Shown: positions 1-9,561, numbered from the stretch's first letter. The stretch: DNA of 64,000 nt from Nitrospirota bacterium (GCA_963737155.1 CAVTRN010000002.1:704001-768000); one strand, 5' to 3'. Numbers and translations: made by a program. Notes: generated by a model not told the origin, from the sequence alone.

Positions 1-4
1 ACTG

Positions 5-799
5 GTGCTCGGGAACAAGGAGAAGCTCATATCCTGTTCCTGTGCTACCGGTCCGGCACTCGAAGGTGCGCAAATCGAGTTCGGGATGCGCGCCGCCCCC
101 GGCGCCATCGAGCGAGTGAAAATTGATCCCGCAACGCTGGAGGCGACCTACAGGGTCATCGGGAACACCCTCTGGAGCGATGGGAAGGTCAACATGCAGG
201 CAAAGGGGATCTGCGGCTCAGCGATCATTGATGTGATTGCGGAGATGTTCAAGGCGGGCATCATCAAGAAGAACGGCCAGATCGACATGGCCCTCCAGTC
301 GCCGAGGATCAGGAAGGGGACGAAAGGCATGCCCGAGTATGTCCTTGCTTGGAAACAGGAAACGTCTGTCAACCAGGACATCGTTGTTAACCAAAAGGAT
401 GTGCGGGCGATACAGCTCGCCAAGGGCGCCCTCTATTCCGGCTGCCTCATCATGATGCGAAAGCTCGGTGTCGCAGGTTTCGATCGGCTGGCGATCGCGG
501 GTGCTTTCGGGAGTCATATCGACAAGGAAGAGGCCATGGTAATCGGCATGATCCCCGATTGCGATTTGAAGAAGGTTGAGTATATCGGGAATGCCGCCGG
601 TGACGGCGCGCGCATAGCGCTCCTGAATGTGGATAAGAGAAAAGAGGCTAATGTCGTCGCGAGAAGGGTTGAATACGTCGAACTCGCCCTCGAAGAGGAC
701 TTTAATGACCGGTTCGGCGAGGCAATGCAGTTCCCGCACATGTTTGATGCCTTTCCCCACCTTGAGGGGATCCTGCCGAAGAAGGTGGAGGTAGCTTAA
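5..799 (+). CDS. ASKHA-domain reductive activator of corrinoid proteins (RACo/DUF4445), C-terminal part; gene starts before the window
   Basis: Motifs ATGPALEG, GMRAAPGAIERV, GICGSAIID, AGAFGSHID, GNAAGDGA typical of RACo/RamA-like activators. Confidence 0.9.
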   Translation: MLGNKEKLISCSCATGPALEGAQIEFGMRAAPGAIERVKIDPATLEATYRVIGNTLWSDGKVNMQAKGICGSAIIDVIAEMFKAGIIKKNGQIDMALQSPRIRKGTKGMPEYVLAWKQETSVNQDIVVNQKDVRAIQLAKGALYSGCLIMMRKLGVAGFDRLAIAGAFGSHIDKEEAMVIGMIPDCDLKKVEYIGNAAGDGARIALLNVDKRKEANVVARRVEYVELALEEDFNDRFGEAMQFPHMFDAFPHLEGILPKKVEVA

Positions 800-859
800 C
801 TGACCCAAACAGTCCCGCCGGCAACGCGGTACAAACAGCCAGCAGGCAACGAGGAGGAA

Positions 860-1057
860 GTGATGAAGGTTACGTACATTGGTGAGACTAAAGACGTCAA
901 AACCATAAGCGGCAAAGATGCACGGCTCAGCAAAAACATGGAGCTCGAGTGCATGGAAAAGGAGTATCATTCCGCCATGACGGTAAGAGTCATGCTCGCT
1001 TCCGGCGAGCATGTCAAGGTGGGCAGGAAAGAACTTAAAAAGATAGACGTCTGCTGA
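860..1057 (+). CDS. Small hypothetical protein (65 aa)
   Basis: Strong SD (GAGGAGG) just upstream; same strand as its neighbours. Confidence 0.7.
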   Translation: MMKVTYIGETKDVKTISGKDARLSKNMELECMEKEYHSAMTVRVMLASGEHVKVGRKELKKIDVC

Positions 1058-1247
1058 AAAAATAGGGAGGCAGTAAGAACCCTGTTGAGATGTGCCCCTG
1101 CATGGGAGCTTTGCCTACGACGGGCTGAGGTATCGTATCACCGAAAGCATCGAGTCGGAGCGGATGCACTGCAGCCGGCAAAGGGGGGGGTGCGCACAAT
1201 AATATTAATGCATTCATGCCGTTCGACGAGCTGCAGTAATACTGGAA

Positions 1248-1853
1248 ATGATGGTGTCGCAGGGGGGTCGTTCTATTGATTCTATGGAGAAAAAATCCGT
1301 TCTATACATCAGTTGTGGGATATTTAAGGAGGAATTGGAATATCTCGTCAGGGAAAAGGCGCTTGACCTGGATGTTCTTTTCCTTGATGCGGCCCTGCAT
1401 GTGAACTTTGACCGGCTGAAGGAGCGACTGATCCAGGCCCTTGATAAGCATCGAAAGGAGGGCACGCAACTCAAGGTCCTCTATGGCCATTGTCACCCTG
1501 AAATCATGGAGATCGTAGAGCGCTACGGCGCAAAAAAGATCGATGTCGCCAACTGCCTTGAGGCAATCGTAGGGCGTGAGGAAATCCGGAAGATCGATTC
1601 AGAAGCAAAAACTTTTTTTCTCACTGCAGGGTGGGTTAACAACTGGGAAAGCATGTTTGCCCAGGGGCAAGAGGATTTCCATTTCGATTTCAGCTCGATG
1701 TTCAGCCAGTACAAACGTGTCATGGTCTTTGACACCGGCGTAATTCCCATCGATGAAGATAAAGTTAAGCAATTCAGCAAGATCACGAAACTACCCGTTG
1801 AGCGAAGGCGGATCAGCCTGGACCATTTACTCGATCTCGTAACGTGCATTTGA
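1248..1853 (+). CDS. DUF1638 domain protein (corrinoid-activation associated)
   Basis: ISCGIFKEE, LH, YGHC, NCLEAIVG, FFLTAGW pattern; next to the RACo gene; start could be 1284. Confidence 0.8.
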   Translation: MMVSQGGRSIDSMEKKSVLYISCGIFKEELEYLVREKALDLDVLFLDAALHVNFDRLKERLIQALDKHRKEGTQLKVLYGHCHPEIMEIVERYGAKKIDVANCLEAIVGREEIRKIDSEAKTFFLTAGWVNNWESMFAQGQEDFHFDFSSMFSQYKRVMVFDTGVIPIDEDKVKQFSKITKLPVERRRISLDHLLDLVTCI

Positions 1854-1902
1854 GCAGTATAGTTAGAATCGCAACGCAAGGAACAACGGCCTAAAAAAAG
1901 TT

Positions 1903-2139
1903 ATGCACATAGCTATCGAATACTGCGGGACCTGCAATTACCGGCCGATAGCGGCAGCTCTGTCACTGGCGATTCAGGAAACCTTCGGCATCAAGCCGCT
2001 CCTTGTCCATTCCACGAGGACCGGGGCCTTTGATGTTACCGCTGACGGGGAAATCATCTTTTCAAAGTACGCCACCGGGACGTTTCCGTCTAATGAAGAG
2101 ATTGTTGATATCCTGAGAAAACGGCAGAATTCTGTTTGA
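1903..2139 (+). CDS. SelT/SelW/SelH (Rdx) family protein, Cys form
   Basis: IEYCGTCNY motif, then GAFDV..DGEIIFSK...GTFP. Confidence 0.88.
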   Translation: MHIAIEYCGTCNYRPIAAALSLAIQETFGIKPLLVHSTRTGAFDVTADGEIIFSKYATGTFPSNEEIVDILRKRQNSV

Positions 2140-2179
2140 CAGGTGCGCATATTTATCCCCGGATGCGGAGAGGCACTAT

Positions 2180-2458
2180 ATGAAAAAACACACAATCACT
2201 CTTTATATGAACGATCCCATGGGCAAGTGGTGACTTTCGCATATCGAGTCTGCCCGTCGGGCGGAGAAGGAATGCGGTGCAGAAGTTATCGTGATCATGA
2301 AAACGTCGCGGGAATATGATTTGGAGAAAGATCCGCCTCCCTGTCCCTCAGTAAAGGTTAATAATCGCTTCATCGTGAAAAGGGGCATGATCACGTACGA
2401 GCAGCTTAAGGCGGTCCTCCTAAAAGAAGATAGCACTTTCGCTTCTGAGGAGGGGTGA
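2180..2458 (+). CDS. Putative thioredoxin-like selenoprotein (N[DE]PxGxxU motif, TsoC-like), 92 aa with Sec18; absent from the ORF track
   Basis: ATG 2180 with GGAGAGG SD; in-frame TGA at 2231-2233 followed by a hairpin (2249-2265); frame stays open 74 more codons, including PPCPSVKVN, to a TGA overlapping the next gene's GTG. Confidence 0.78.
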
Positions 2459-3123
2459 CGCAGGTGGAATTTATGGATGTCGGGGAACGCCGCATGCACG
2501 AATTGAACGTTTTAAACCAGAAGCGGTATGCCGTAACCGCCTGGTTCTACGATATTCTGGATTGTCCCTGGGAGCGTCAATACCGGAAGTGGAGACCCGA
2601 CCTTTTGGAAGATGTGCGCGGAGAGGTGCTGGAGGTCGGCATCGGTACCGGGCGCAACCTGAAGTACTACCGGCCCGACGTCAACCTGACCGCGGTGGAT
2701 TTTAGCCCGGCCATGTTGAAGAAAGCGTCGAAGAGGTGTGCCGAAGCGTCGTGCACGGTCCGGTTTATCCATGATGATGCTTCACAGATGGTGTCCATCC
2801 CGTCAGACGGCTATGACTGGGTGGTGGCTTTCTTTCTCTGCTGTGTCCTACCAGAGGATCTGCAGGCCCGGGCAATCTCCGAGTTTGCCCGCGTGCTGAA
2901 ACCCGGTGGCAGATTTCGCCTCCTGGAAATGAAATATTCGCATGATCCCGGACTCAGAAGACGGCAGAATGTGTTTGCGCCCTTTGTCGCCAAGGTATAC
3001 GGCGCGGGGTTCGACCGGCAGACACTCATGTACGTTCAGAACAACGAGAACCTGAAAGTGACAGAAACGCACTATATCAAAAAGGACACGTATCTGCTTA
3101 TCGAAGGCGTGCGGGACGTGTGA
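2455..3123 (+). CDS. Class I SAM-dependent methyltransferase
   Basis: VLEVGIGTGRN motif I, VDFSPAML, RVLKPGG. Confidence 0.9.
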   Translation: MTQVEFMDVGERRMHELNVLNQKRYAVTAWFYDILDCPWERQYRKWRPDLLEDVRGEVLEVGIGTGRNLKYYRPDVNLTAVDFSPAMLKKASKRCAEASCTVRFIHDDASQMVSIPSDGYDWVVAFFLCCVLPEDLQARAISEFARVLKPGGRFRLLEMKYSHDPGLRRRQNVFAPFVAKVYGAGFDRQTLMYVQNNENLKVTETHYIKKDTYLLIEGVRDV

Positions 3124-3550
3124 AATTATCATACGATTGAAATCTCGATTTTTTGTACCCCGATGATAGAACGCTTACTATCAGAAGCTTCGAGGTATTA
3201 TACGATGGCCCACAGGGCCAGAACTGGCGCTGGTCCCGGCCTTGACAATGCCTGTGTCGCTTAGTCTCCGGGGCGCCATAACCGCAAATATCATGATTCT
3301 TGCCCTGTTGATGTCTTTGCATTCCGCTGTCGCGGGCGTCACTGCAAATTTCGGGGATCAGATCCGGCAAAGGGATATGCGGGGTGCAGTGGTTCCGGCA
3401 CCGGAATCACAACCGGCGAAATGACGGGGTTTTTCATGGAAGCCGCACTGCATCCGGAGCTGGAGCATGTGAAACGGGAACTGTTGAATGGGCCCAGGGT
3501 GAGCGAAAAATTCCCCCTCCCATAAAATTTATTAGTTCGGAGGGTGAGCG

Positions 3551-4447
3551 ATGAAATTGATGAAGGGGGGAGAACTTTCCGCAAAAATTGTCGCAGCAGT
3601 GCGGGAAGAGACAGACAGACTCGCCAAACATGGGATCCGGGCGGGGCTCGCGCTTTTCCTCGTAGGCGAGGACAAATCGTCACATATGTATTATCAGGCG
3701 ATCCAGAGCGCGTCGGTGCGTGCGGGGATCGATATATTCAACTACACAAAGCCGTCGTCTTCATCGGTGAATGAGATTCTGAACCTGATCAAGACCTTGA
3801 ACCACGACGAACGGGTCAACGGCATTCTCGTGTTCATGCCGCTTCCCCGCCACATCGATACAAGGAAAGTCGTGAATGCCATTGCTCCAGAGAAGGACGT
3901 GGACGGACAGGGCGCCATCTCTGTGGGACGGCTTTCGGCTGAAGAGTCTACAATGCATCTCTTCGAGCCCAGGTTCAATCTCACGGTTCGCCCCACCTTT
4001 CTTCCCTGCACCCCCTATGGCGTGATGCGGATGCTCGAACACTACGGCATAGATCTGAAAGGCAAGAAAGTCGTCATTGTGGGCAAGAGCCTGGCAGTAG
4101 GCAAGCCGCTGGCAATGATGATGCTGGTCAAGGAAGCCACGGTCACAGTCTGCCATCGTGAAACAGAGGACCTCGGCGCGGAAACCAGGCAGGCGGACAT
4201 TCTCTGTACCGCCACGGGGAGGCAGGGCCTGATCAAAGCCGACATGGTGAAAGACGGCGCAATTGTCGTCGATATCGGCATTAATGTACTGCCTGGCGGA
4301 TTGACCATCGGCGATGTGGATTTCGAAGCAGTCTCGAAAAAGGCATCGATGATTACGCCGGTTCCGGGCGGAGTGGGGCCGGTAACAATCGCCATCCTGC
4401 TTAAAAATACGGTAATCTCCGCGAAGAGGATGGTAGGGGTGGGATAA
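3551..4447 (+). CDS. folD: Methylenetetrahydrofolate dehydrogenase (FolD family)
   Basis: PEKDVDG, PCTP, VGKSLAVGKP, GDVDF, ITPVPGGVGPVT. Confidence 0.93.
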   Translation: MKLMKGGELSAKIVAAVREETDRLAKHGIRAGLALFLVGEDKSSHMYYQAIQSASVRAGIDIFNYTKPSSSSVNEILNLIKTLNHDERVNGILVFMPLPRHIDTRKVVNAIAPEKDVDGQGAISVGRLSAEESTMHLFEPRFNLTVRPTFLPCTPYGVMRMLEHYGIDLKGKKVVIVGKSLAVGKPLAMMMLVKEATVTVCHRETEDLGAETRQADILCTATGRQGLIKADMVKDGAIVVDIGINVLPGGLTIGDVDFEAVSKKASMITPVPGGVGPVTIAILLKNTVISAKRMVGVG

Positions 4448-4790
4448 TATTATTCAGAGTTAATAGTTCGGAGATCTGAGTGAAGAGCCTATAATGACGG
4501 TAAGACCGCAAGCGTACAAGGGATCGATGAACATGGGCACTGATTAAAACGATAGTGCCCTGACTGAAAACGTGATATAGTGGAACGGAACATCACGGAT
4601 GTTGGCGCATCATTATGTGTTCAACAGAGCGGACTTTGGTAGAATAGGAATGGATAACTAACTTCTGGCTGCCGGACTTCGTCCGCTATTGCAATTGCGT
4701 TTTTTGATGTGATCGTTATTTTGTCTGAAATTATATTTCTTTTGGATGATTTTGAAAGTCTCAAGTACAGATATCGTAGATAGTAATAGT

Positions 4791-4948
4791 AAATACAGGT
4801 CCCGCAAGGGATAAGAGGGAATCCCGTGGAAATCGGGAGTGGACCCGCCGCTGTAACCGGCACGAAAGCCAATCAATCCACTGATCCTTAACGATCGGGA
4901 AGGCGGGCGAGTAGGATAAACCGGGAGCCAGAAGACCTGCCTGTATTT
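4791..4948 (+). ncRNA. Cobalamin riboswitch upstream of bzaC
   Basis: AAGAGGGAA...CCGCTGTAA...CCACTG...GGGAAGG...GAGCCAGAAGACCTGCC, closed by AAATACAGG/CCTGTATTT. Confidence 0.93.
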
Positions 4949-5044
4949 GTCAGTATCCGTACGGTGTGACCAGGAAAGACGCAATACTGGCCACCGAATA
5001 AACCTTCTCGCGGATAGAAGGGAGGATGAAGTGAAACAGGGTGC

Positions 5045-5076
5045 AATCCTCAGAGCTCAAACTTTGAGGATTTTTT
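5045..5076 (+). terminator. Intrinsic terminator in the riboswitch expression platform
   Basis: AATCCTCAGAG/CTTTGAGGATT stem plus T-run, ending 5 nt before the bzaC ATG. Confidence 0.7.
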
Positions 5077-5081
5077 AATTT

Positions 5082-6635
5082 ATGAAAAGACCCGTGACGC
5101 CCCGGGATTTCGATGCTCAGACCGCGGGGCCCCAGTACCTCGAAGACCTGGCTACCGGATACTGGTTTTCGGAGGCCCTGTTTACCGCCGTTGAAATGGA
5201 TCTCTTTTCTCTCATCGGGGCGGAAGGCGCAACCCTCGACGAGCTTTCCCGGGACGTCGGTGCAATCCCCCATGGCCTCAAACGGTTCCTGCATGCCCTG
5301 GAGAAAATGGGGCTGGTTATAAACGACGGCCCGCGGTATTTTAATACTAAACTTTCAGACAATTATCTGGTATCCGGCAAAGAGCTGTATCAGGGTGATT
5401 CCATCCTCTGGAGGAAATACCTGCATGCCGGATGGCAAGGCATGAGAGACTGTCTCAAGGAGGGCGGACGGGTTGATTATGCCAGCCAGGACAGTTTTTC
5501 GTTAAGGATCGGGCGCATCCAAAAATACATCCGCGCCATGGATGGTATCGCAAAAGTTAAGGCGCGGGAGATCGTCACGTTTTTTGCTGACCGCCCCGTG
5601 ACGGGAGAGATTCTCGATGTCGGCGCCGGCTCGGGCGCCATAGCCGCGGCCTTCCTTGATCGTTTTCCCCTGACGAGTGCGGTATTCATTGATCTTCCCG
5701 ACGTTCTTGGTTGCACCAGGGAATTTGTGGCGCGCCGGGGGCTTGACAAGAGGACGGGATATTGCCCGGCGAACATTCTCGAGCCTTGGCCGGTCAGAAA
5801 ACATGGCTTCGACCTTGTCATCCTTTCCAACATCCTTCACGCTTATTCCGAGCAGGAATTGCCGAATATCCTCCGGTCTGCCGTTGATTGCCTTACTGAA
5901 CGCGGCATCCTTTTGATCCATGATTTCTTTCTGGAGCACTTTCCGGAGAAGGCGGCGCTCAGTGATCTGAATATGTTCATCAATACGCATAACGGCAGGG
6001 TTTTTCCCGGGAAATCAGTCCAGGAACAGCTTCGCCATCTGGGACTTTTTTGTACAGACCTGGTCCCGCTCGGGACCGATACGGCCGTCCTCTTCGGCAC
6101 GCATGAGGAGGCCGGCCTCGGGTCTCTTCGTCTCGATGTGCTAGATCTCCTCATTTCGCGGATTCGTGCCCAAGGGTTCGGAAACGTGTATATGATGAGG
6201 ACGGAGGATATCCATATCCCGGACTGGACGAACATCCGGTGCCGGTTCGGATGCGAACGGTACGGCAATCTTCACTGTCCTCCCAACAGCCTGACTCCCA
6301 GTGAGACCAGGGAAATGGTAAAAGACTACAAGAAGGCACTGCTGCTTGAGGGGGAGCCACCGACGAGGGACTTCCAGGTGCGGGTCCTGCAAGCCGAGCG
6401 AGCGGCATTCAAGGCAGGCTTCCATAAAGCCTTCTCTTTCTGGGCGGGTCCGTGCTCTCTCTGTGAGTCCTGCGCCGAGAATGGATGCTGCACGAATACG
6501 GCGAATTCCAGGCCTTCCATGGAAGGAGCAGGAATTGACGTTTTTGTGACGGCAAGGAACGCGGGAGCGACCCTGAAAACCCTTGAGCAAAAAGACGAGC
6601 TCGTTAAATATTTCGCATTACTTCTTTTGGAGTGA
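5082..6635 (+). CDS. bzaC: O-methyltransferase fused to DUF2284; probable 5-hydroxybenzimidazole methyltransferase BzaC
   Basis: Dimerisation domain plus LDVGAGSG; C-terminal Cys-rich domain (CRFGC, CPP, CSLCESC, RPSMEGAGIDV); B12 riboswitch and bza context. Confidence 0.8.
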   Translation: MKRPVTPRDFDAQTAGPQYLEDLATGYWFSEALFTAVEMDLFSLIGAEGATLDELSRDVGAIPHGLKRFLHALEKMGLVINDGPRYFNTKLSDNYLVSGKELYQGDSILWRKYLHAGWQGMRDCLKEGGRVDYASQDSFSLRIGRIQKYIRAMDGIAKVKAREIVTFFADRPVTGEILDVGAGSGAIAAAFLDRFPLTSAVFIDLPDVLGCTREFVARRGLDKRTGYCPANILEPWPVRKHGFDLVILSNILHAYSEQELPNILRSAVDCLTERGILLIHDFFLEHFPEKAALSDLNMFINTHNGRVFPGKSVQEQLRHLGLFCTDLVPLGTDTAVLFGTHEEAGLGSLRLDVLDLLISRIRAQGFGNVYMMRTEDIHIPDWTNIRCRFGCERYGNLHCPPNSLTPSETREMVKDYKKALLLEGEPPTRDFQVRVLQAERAAFKAGFHKAFSFWAGPCSLCESCAENGCCTNTANSRPSMEGAGIDVFVTARNAGATLKTLEQKDELVKYFALLLLE

Positions 6636-7969
6636 ACTGCATGCGGGTTTTATTCATACAGACGCTTTCCGTCGAGGGAATATCGCAAGAGAAGGTTTAC
6701 CCCCTTGGTATTGTAACCTTGGCCGGTTGCCTTCAGGACCGCAGCTACGAGGTCAGCCTTCTCGATATGAACCTCGAGCCGGATCCCTTCGGCGCGGTAA
6801 AGAACAGACTCCTCAGTTTCAATCCCGATGTTGTGGGCCTGTCGCTGCGAAACATCGATCCGCTCGCAAACAAGACAAGTTCGCTTGTCCCGCCGTTCCT
6901 TGTTACGGCGCGGCTTGTCGCCTCCATCGTGCCCCAAGCATGGATTATCGCCGGTGGCGCCGGCTTTTCCCTGTTTCCCTTGCGGCTAATGCGCGAGGCG
7001 CCGGAAATTCATTACGGCGTTGTTGGAGAGGCGGAAACTTCCTTGCCGCTCCTCCTTGCATCTCTCGAAAATCCGCCTGCTATCAAAGGGATCTGCAGGC
7101 GCGAGCAAGGCGGAGTAATGGGCGGCTCTTCCTCGCAATGCCTGGACATGACTCACTATGTGCGGCCGACCAGGAGCCTGTTGGACCCCTCCCTCTATTC
7201 CGGCATAAATTCCTACGTGCCTGCCGTAGGGATCGAAACAAAGCGCGGCTGTCCGTTTCACTGCGCCTACTGCGTATATCCCAATTTGCAGGGGCGCATG
7301 CTTCGGTACCGCCTTCCGCGGGATGTAGTGGATGAAATGGAGTCGCTGAACAAGGAATACGGCATCGAGCGTTTTCATTTTACCGATCCGGTCATAAACT
7401 ATCCCGGTGACCATTTCGGGGACATCTGCCGTGATATTATCAGGAGAAAACTGAAACTTAAATGGGACGGCTTTATGAGAGAAGACTACTTCCACGAGAA
7501 GAATGTGGCCCTTTTCGAGAAAGCAGGTTGCGAGTGTTTCTCTTTTTCTCCGGACGGGCTTTGCCAGGAAGCCCTTGACGTTCTCGACAAAAGACTGAGC
7601 TCTAAGGATATTCTGAGGGCCGCCAAGCTCGCCGCGAGAACAGACGTCGTCAGCGTTTATCATTTCATGGTCAATGTTCCTGGAGAAACGGAAAAAACCT
7701 GCGAAAAAGGACTTCGTTTTCTGGAACGGATCTACGATCAGCACGACAGGAAGAAAAACCTTGGCACAGTCGTGCTCAATAATATTCGCATTCTGCCGGG
7801 AACGCCGATGGAAGAGATGGCCAGGGCCAAAAGCGTCATTCGGCCGGATACGGATCTTCTCTATCCGACCTACTATAACCCGCGGCCGTTCGAGGCGTTC
7901 AGGTATCGGCTGGAAGCTCTGCACCTCGCACGGAATGTGTTCATGTGGCAGGAAGTGAGGCGGCCATGA
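6632..7969 (+). CDS. bzaD: B12-binding radical SAM protein, probable BzaD
   Basis: N-terminal cobalamin-binding domain; TKRGCPFHCAYC; GTGA overlap with bzaC. Confidence 0.75.
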   Translation: MNCMRVLFIQTLSVEGISQEKVYPLGIVTLAGCLQDRSYEVSLLDMNLEPDPFGAVKNRLLSFNPDVVGLSLRNIDPLANKTSSLVPPFLVTARLVASIVPQAWIIAGGAGFSLFPLRLMREAPEIHYGVVGEAETSLPLLLASLENPPAIKGICRREQGGVMGGSSSQCLDMTHYVRPTRSLLDPSLYSGINSYVPAVGIETKRGCPFHCAYCVYPNLQGRMLRYRLPRDVVDEMESLNKEYGIERFHFTDPVINYPGDHFGDICRDIIRRKLKLKWDGFMREDYFHEKNVALFEKAGCECFSFSPDGLCQEALDVLDKRLSSKDILRAAKLAARTDVVSVYHFMVNVPGETEKTCEKGLRFLERIYDQHDRKKNLGTVVLNNIRILPGTPMEEMARAKSVIRPDTDLLYPTYYNPRPFEAFRYRLEALHLARNVFMWQEVRRP

Positions 7970-9501
7970 AGATCCTTCTCCTGGAGCACCCGCGCAGTGT
8001 GGTTCCTGAGCGGTGCAACGATATTGCGAACACCCCGCTCTCCTCGTGCCTCCTGACCGGCTACGCCGCGGGCATGCTGAAGAGCAAAGGGCATGATGTC
8101 GAAATTGTGGAAGGATATCTCGACGGGCTTGCCTATGAAGAGATTGCCTCCCGGGTTCGCACCATGAAACCCGACATTCTTGGCGTCCACGTTGTCTACC
8201 ACTGGCAGAAGGATCATGCCCTCTTCGATTTCCTCGAAACCATGAAGAGGGAAGGACAGGTTTCTTCGATAACGGCGTATGGTTTTTATGCCACGATTGC
8301 CCATGAGAGCATTCTCAGAAGCTGTCAGGCTGTCGATGCCGTCATCGTCGGGGAACCTGAACGGACTTTTGCCGACTTTGCGGAGTCGGCCTCGCTGAGG
8401 AACTACACACCCTGCATCCCCGGCGTTGCAATCAGAAATGGTTCCGGGGGTATCAGGCTTCAAAAACAGAACGCCGTCACAGACCTCGATGACATTCCTT
8501 TCCCTGTCCGTACCGAGGCGATGTACCGCCTGCCTGAAGTGAACCTGCTGGGCAGCCGCGGGTGCTATGGTAACTGCACGTTCTGTTCAATCAATTCCCT
8601 TTACGGTGCCGCGGGTTCCTGGCGCGGCCGGAGCCCGAAGAACATTGTCCAGGAAATTGACGCGATCATCGCGGACCGGGGGGTGAGGGAATTCTATTTT
8701 ACCGATCCCAACTTCTTCGGTCCCGGACAGATGGGGCAGGAACGCGCACTGCTGCTTGCCTCTCTTCTAAAGCCGAAAAACATCCGCTTCGGTATCGAAG
8801 GAAGGGTCAACGACATTAACGACGAAACCGTCGGCGCACTGGTGGACGCCGGTCTCCGCCACATTCTCATCGGGCTCGAAAGCGGGAAAGATGAGTCTCT
8901 CAGACGAATGAATAAAATGACCACCGTGGCCCAGAACGAGAGGGCACTCCGGATCCTCCGCAGTCACGGCATCGAGCCGAACGTCGGGTTCATCATGTTC
9001 GAACCGGATTCCCTGCTGGAAGACGTTCGCATTAATTTCGATTTTCTGAAGCGGAACGACCTGTTGAAAAATCTGTCAGTTACCGCGAACGTGCTGTACC
9101 ATCATCAAATCGTTCTGGAAGGCACGCGGGCATATCATGATCTCAAAAGAGAAAACCGGCTCGAACTCCAGCGAACTTCCTATGAGGGAATTGCGCATCC
9201 GAAAAATCCGGAGGTCGCCAGTCTTGCCGATATCATGAGGAAAATAACCAACATCCTCTTTGGGCGGATGGACGGGATATGGAGCGGCAAGACGATCGAA
9301 CCGCCCGGCATGCAGAAAAGATACGCGGGGCTAAACCATGTTCTTGTCAATGTATTTGAAGACTGCCTGGAGGCAATGGAGTCAGGTGGGCGGTTGGACA
9401 AGGATCACATAGCGTCCCTGGTCGCGGCGACGGGAAACGTGATAGATGAGATCTTGACCTCGGTGGATCAGCGACCGGATAATCGCAATGAGGGGCCTTA
9501 A
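7966..9501 (+). CDS. bzaE: B12-binding radical SAM protein, probable BzaE
   Basis: SRGCYGNCTFC, FTDPNF, IGLESG; ATGA overlap with the previous gene. Confidence 0.72.
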   Translation: MKILLLEHPRSVVPERCNDIANTPLSSCLLTGYAAGMLKSKGHDVEIVEGYLDGLAYEEIASRVRTMKPDILGVHVVYHWQKDHALFDFLETMKREGQVSSITAYGFYATIAHESILRSCQAVDAVIVGEPERTFADFAESASLRNYTPCIPGVAIRNGSGGIRLQKQNAVTDLDDIPFPVRTEAMYRLPEVNLLGSRGCYGNCTFCSINSLYGAAGSWRGRSPKNIVQEIDAIIADRGVREFYFTDPNFFGPGQMGQERALLLASLLKPKNIRFGIEGRVNDINDETVGALVDAGLRHILIGLESGKDESLRRMNKMTTVAQNERALRILRSHGIEPNVGFIMFEPDSLLEDVRINFDFLKRNDLLKNLSVTANVLYHHQIVLEGTRAYHDLKRENRLELQRTSYEGIAHPKNPEVASLADIMRKITNILFGRMDGIWSGKTIEPPGMQKRYAGLNHVLVNVFEDCLEAMESGGRLDKDHIASLVAATGNVIDEILTSVDQRPDNRNEGP

Positions 9502-9506
9502 AGAAG

Positions 9507-9535
9507 TTGACTTCGCATGAGACGGGTGGTATACA
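9507..9535 (+). promoter_or_regulatory. Sigma70-like promoter for the riboswitch-cobT operon
   Basis: TTGACT-17 nt-TATACA with TGn extension, about 27 nt before the riboswitch. Confidence 0.6.
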
Positions 9536-9561
9536 TGAATTACATTTAAAATATAAATAAT

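Noticed and set aside
1052-1279. Possible C-U readthrough of the 65-aa gene (TGC TGA followed by an open frame)
   Set aside because: No SECIS-like hairpin at the spacing seen elsewhere, and the extension does not look protein-like.
3195-3260. ZMP/ZTP-riboswitch-like ACTGGCG upstream of folD
   Set aside because: The other conserved elements and the pseudoknot partner were not found.
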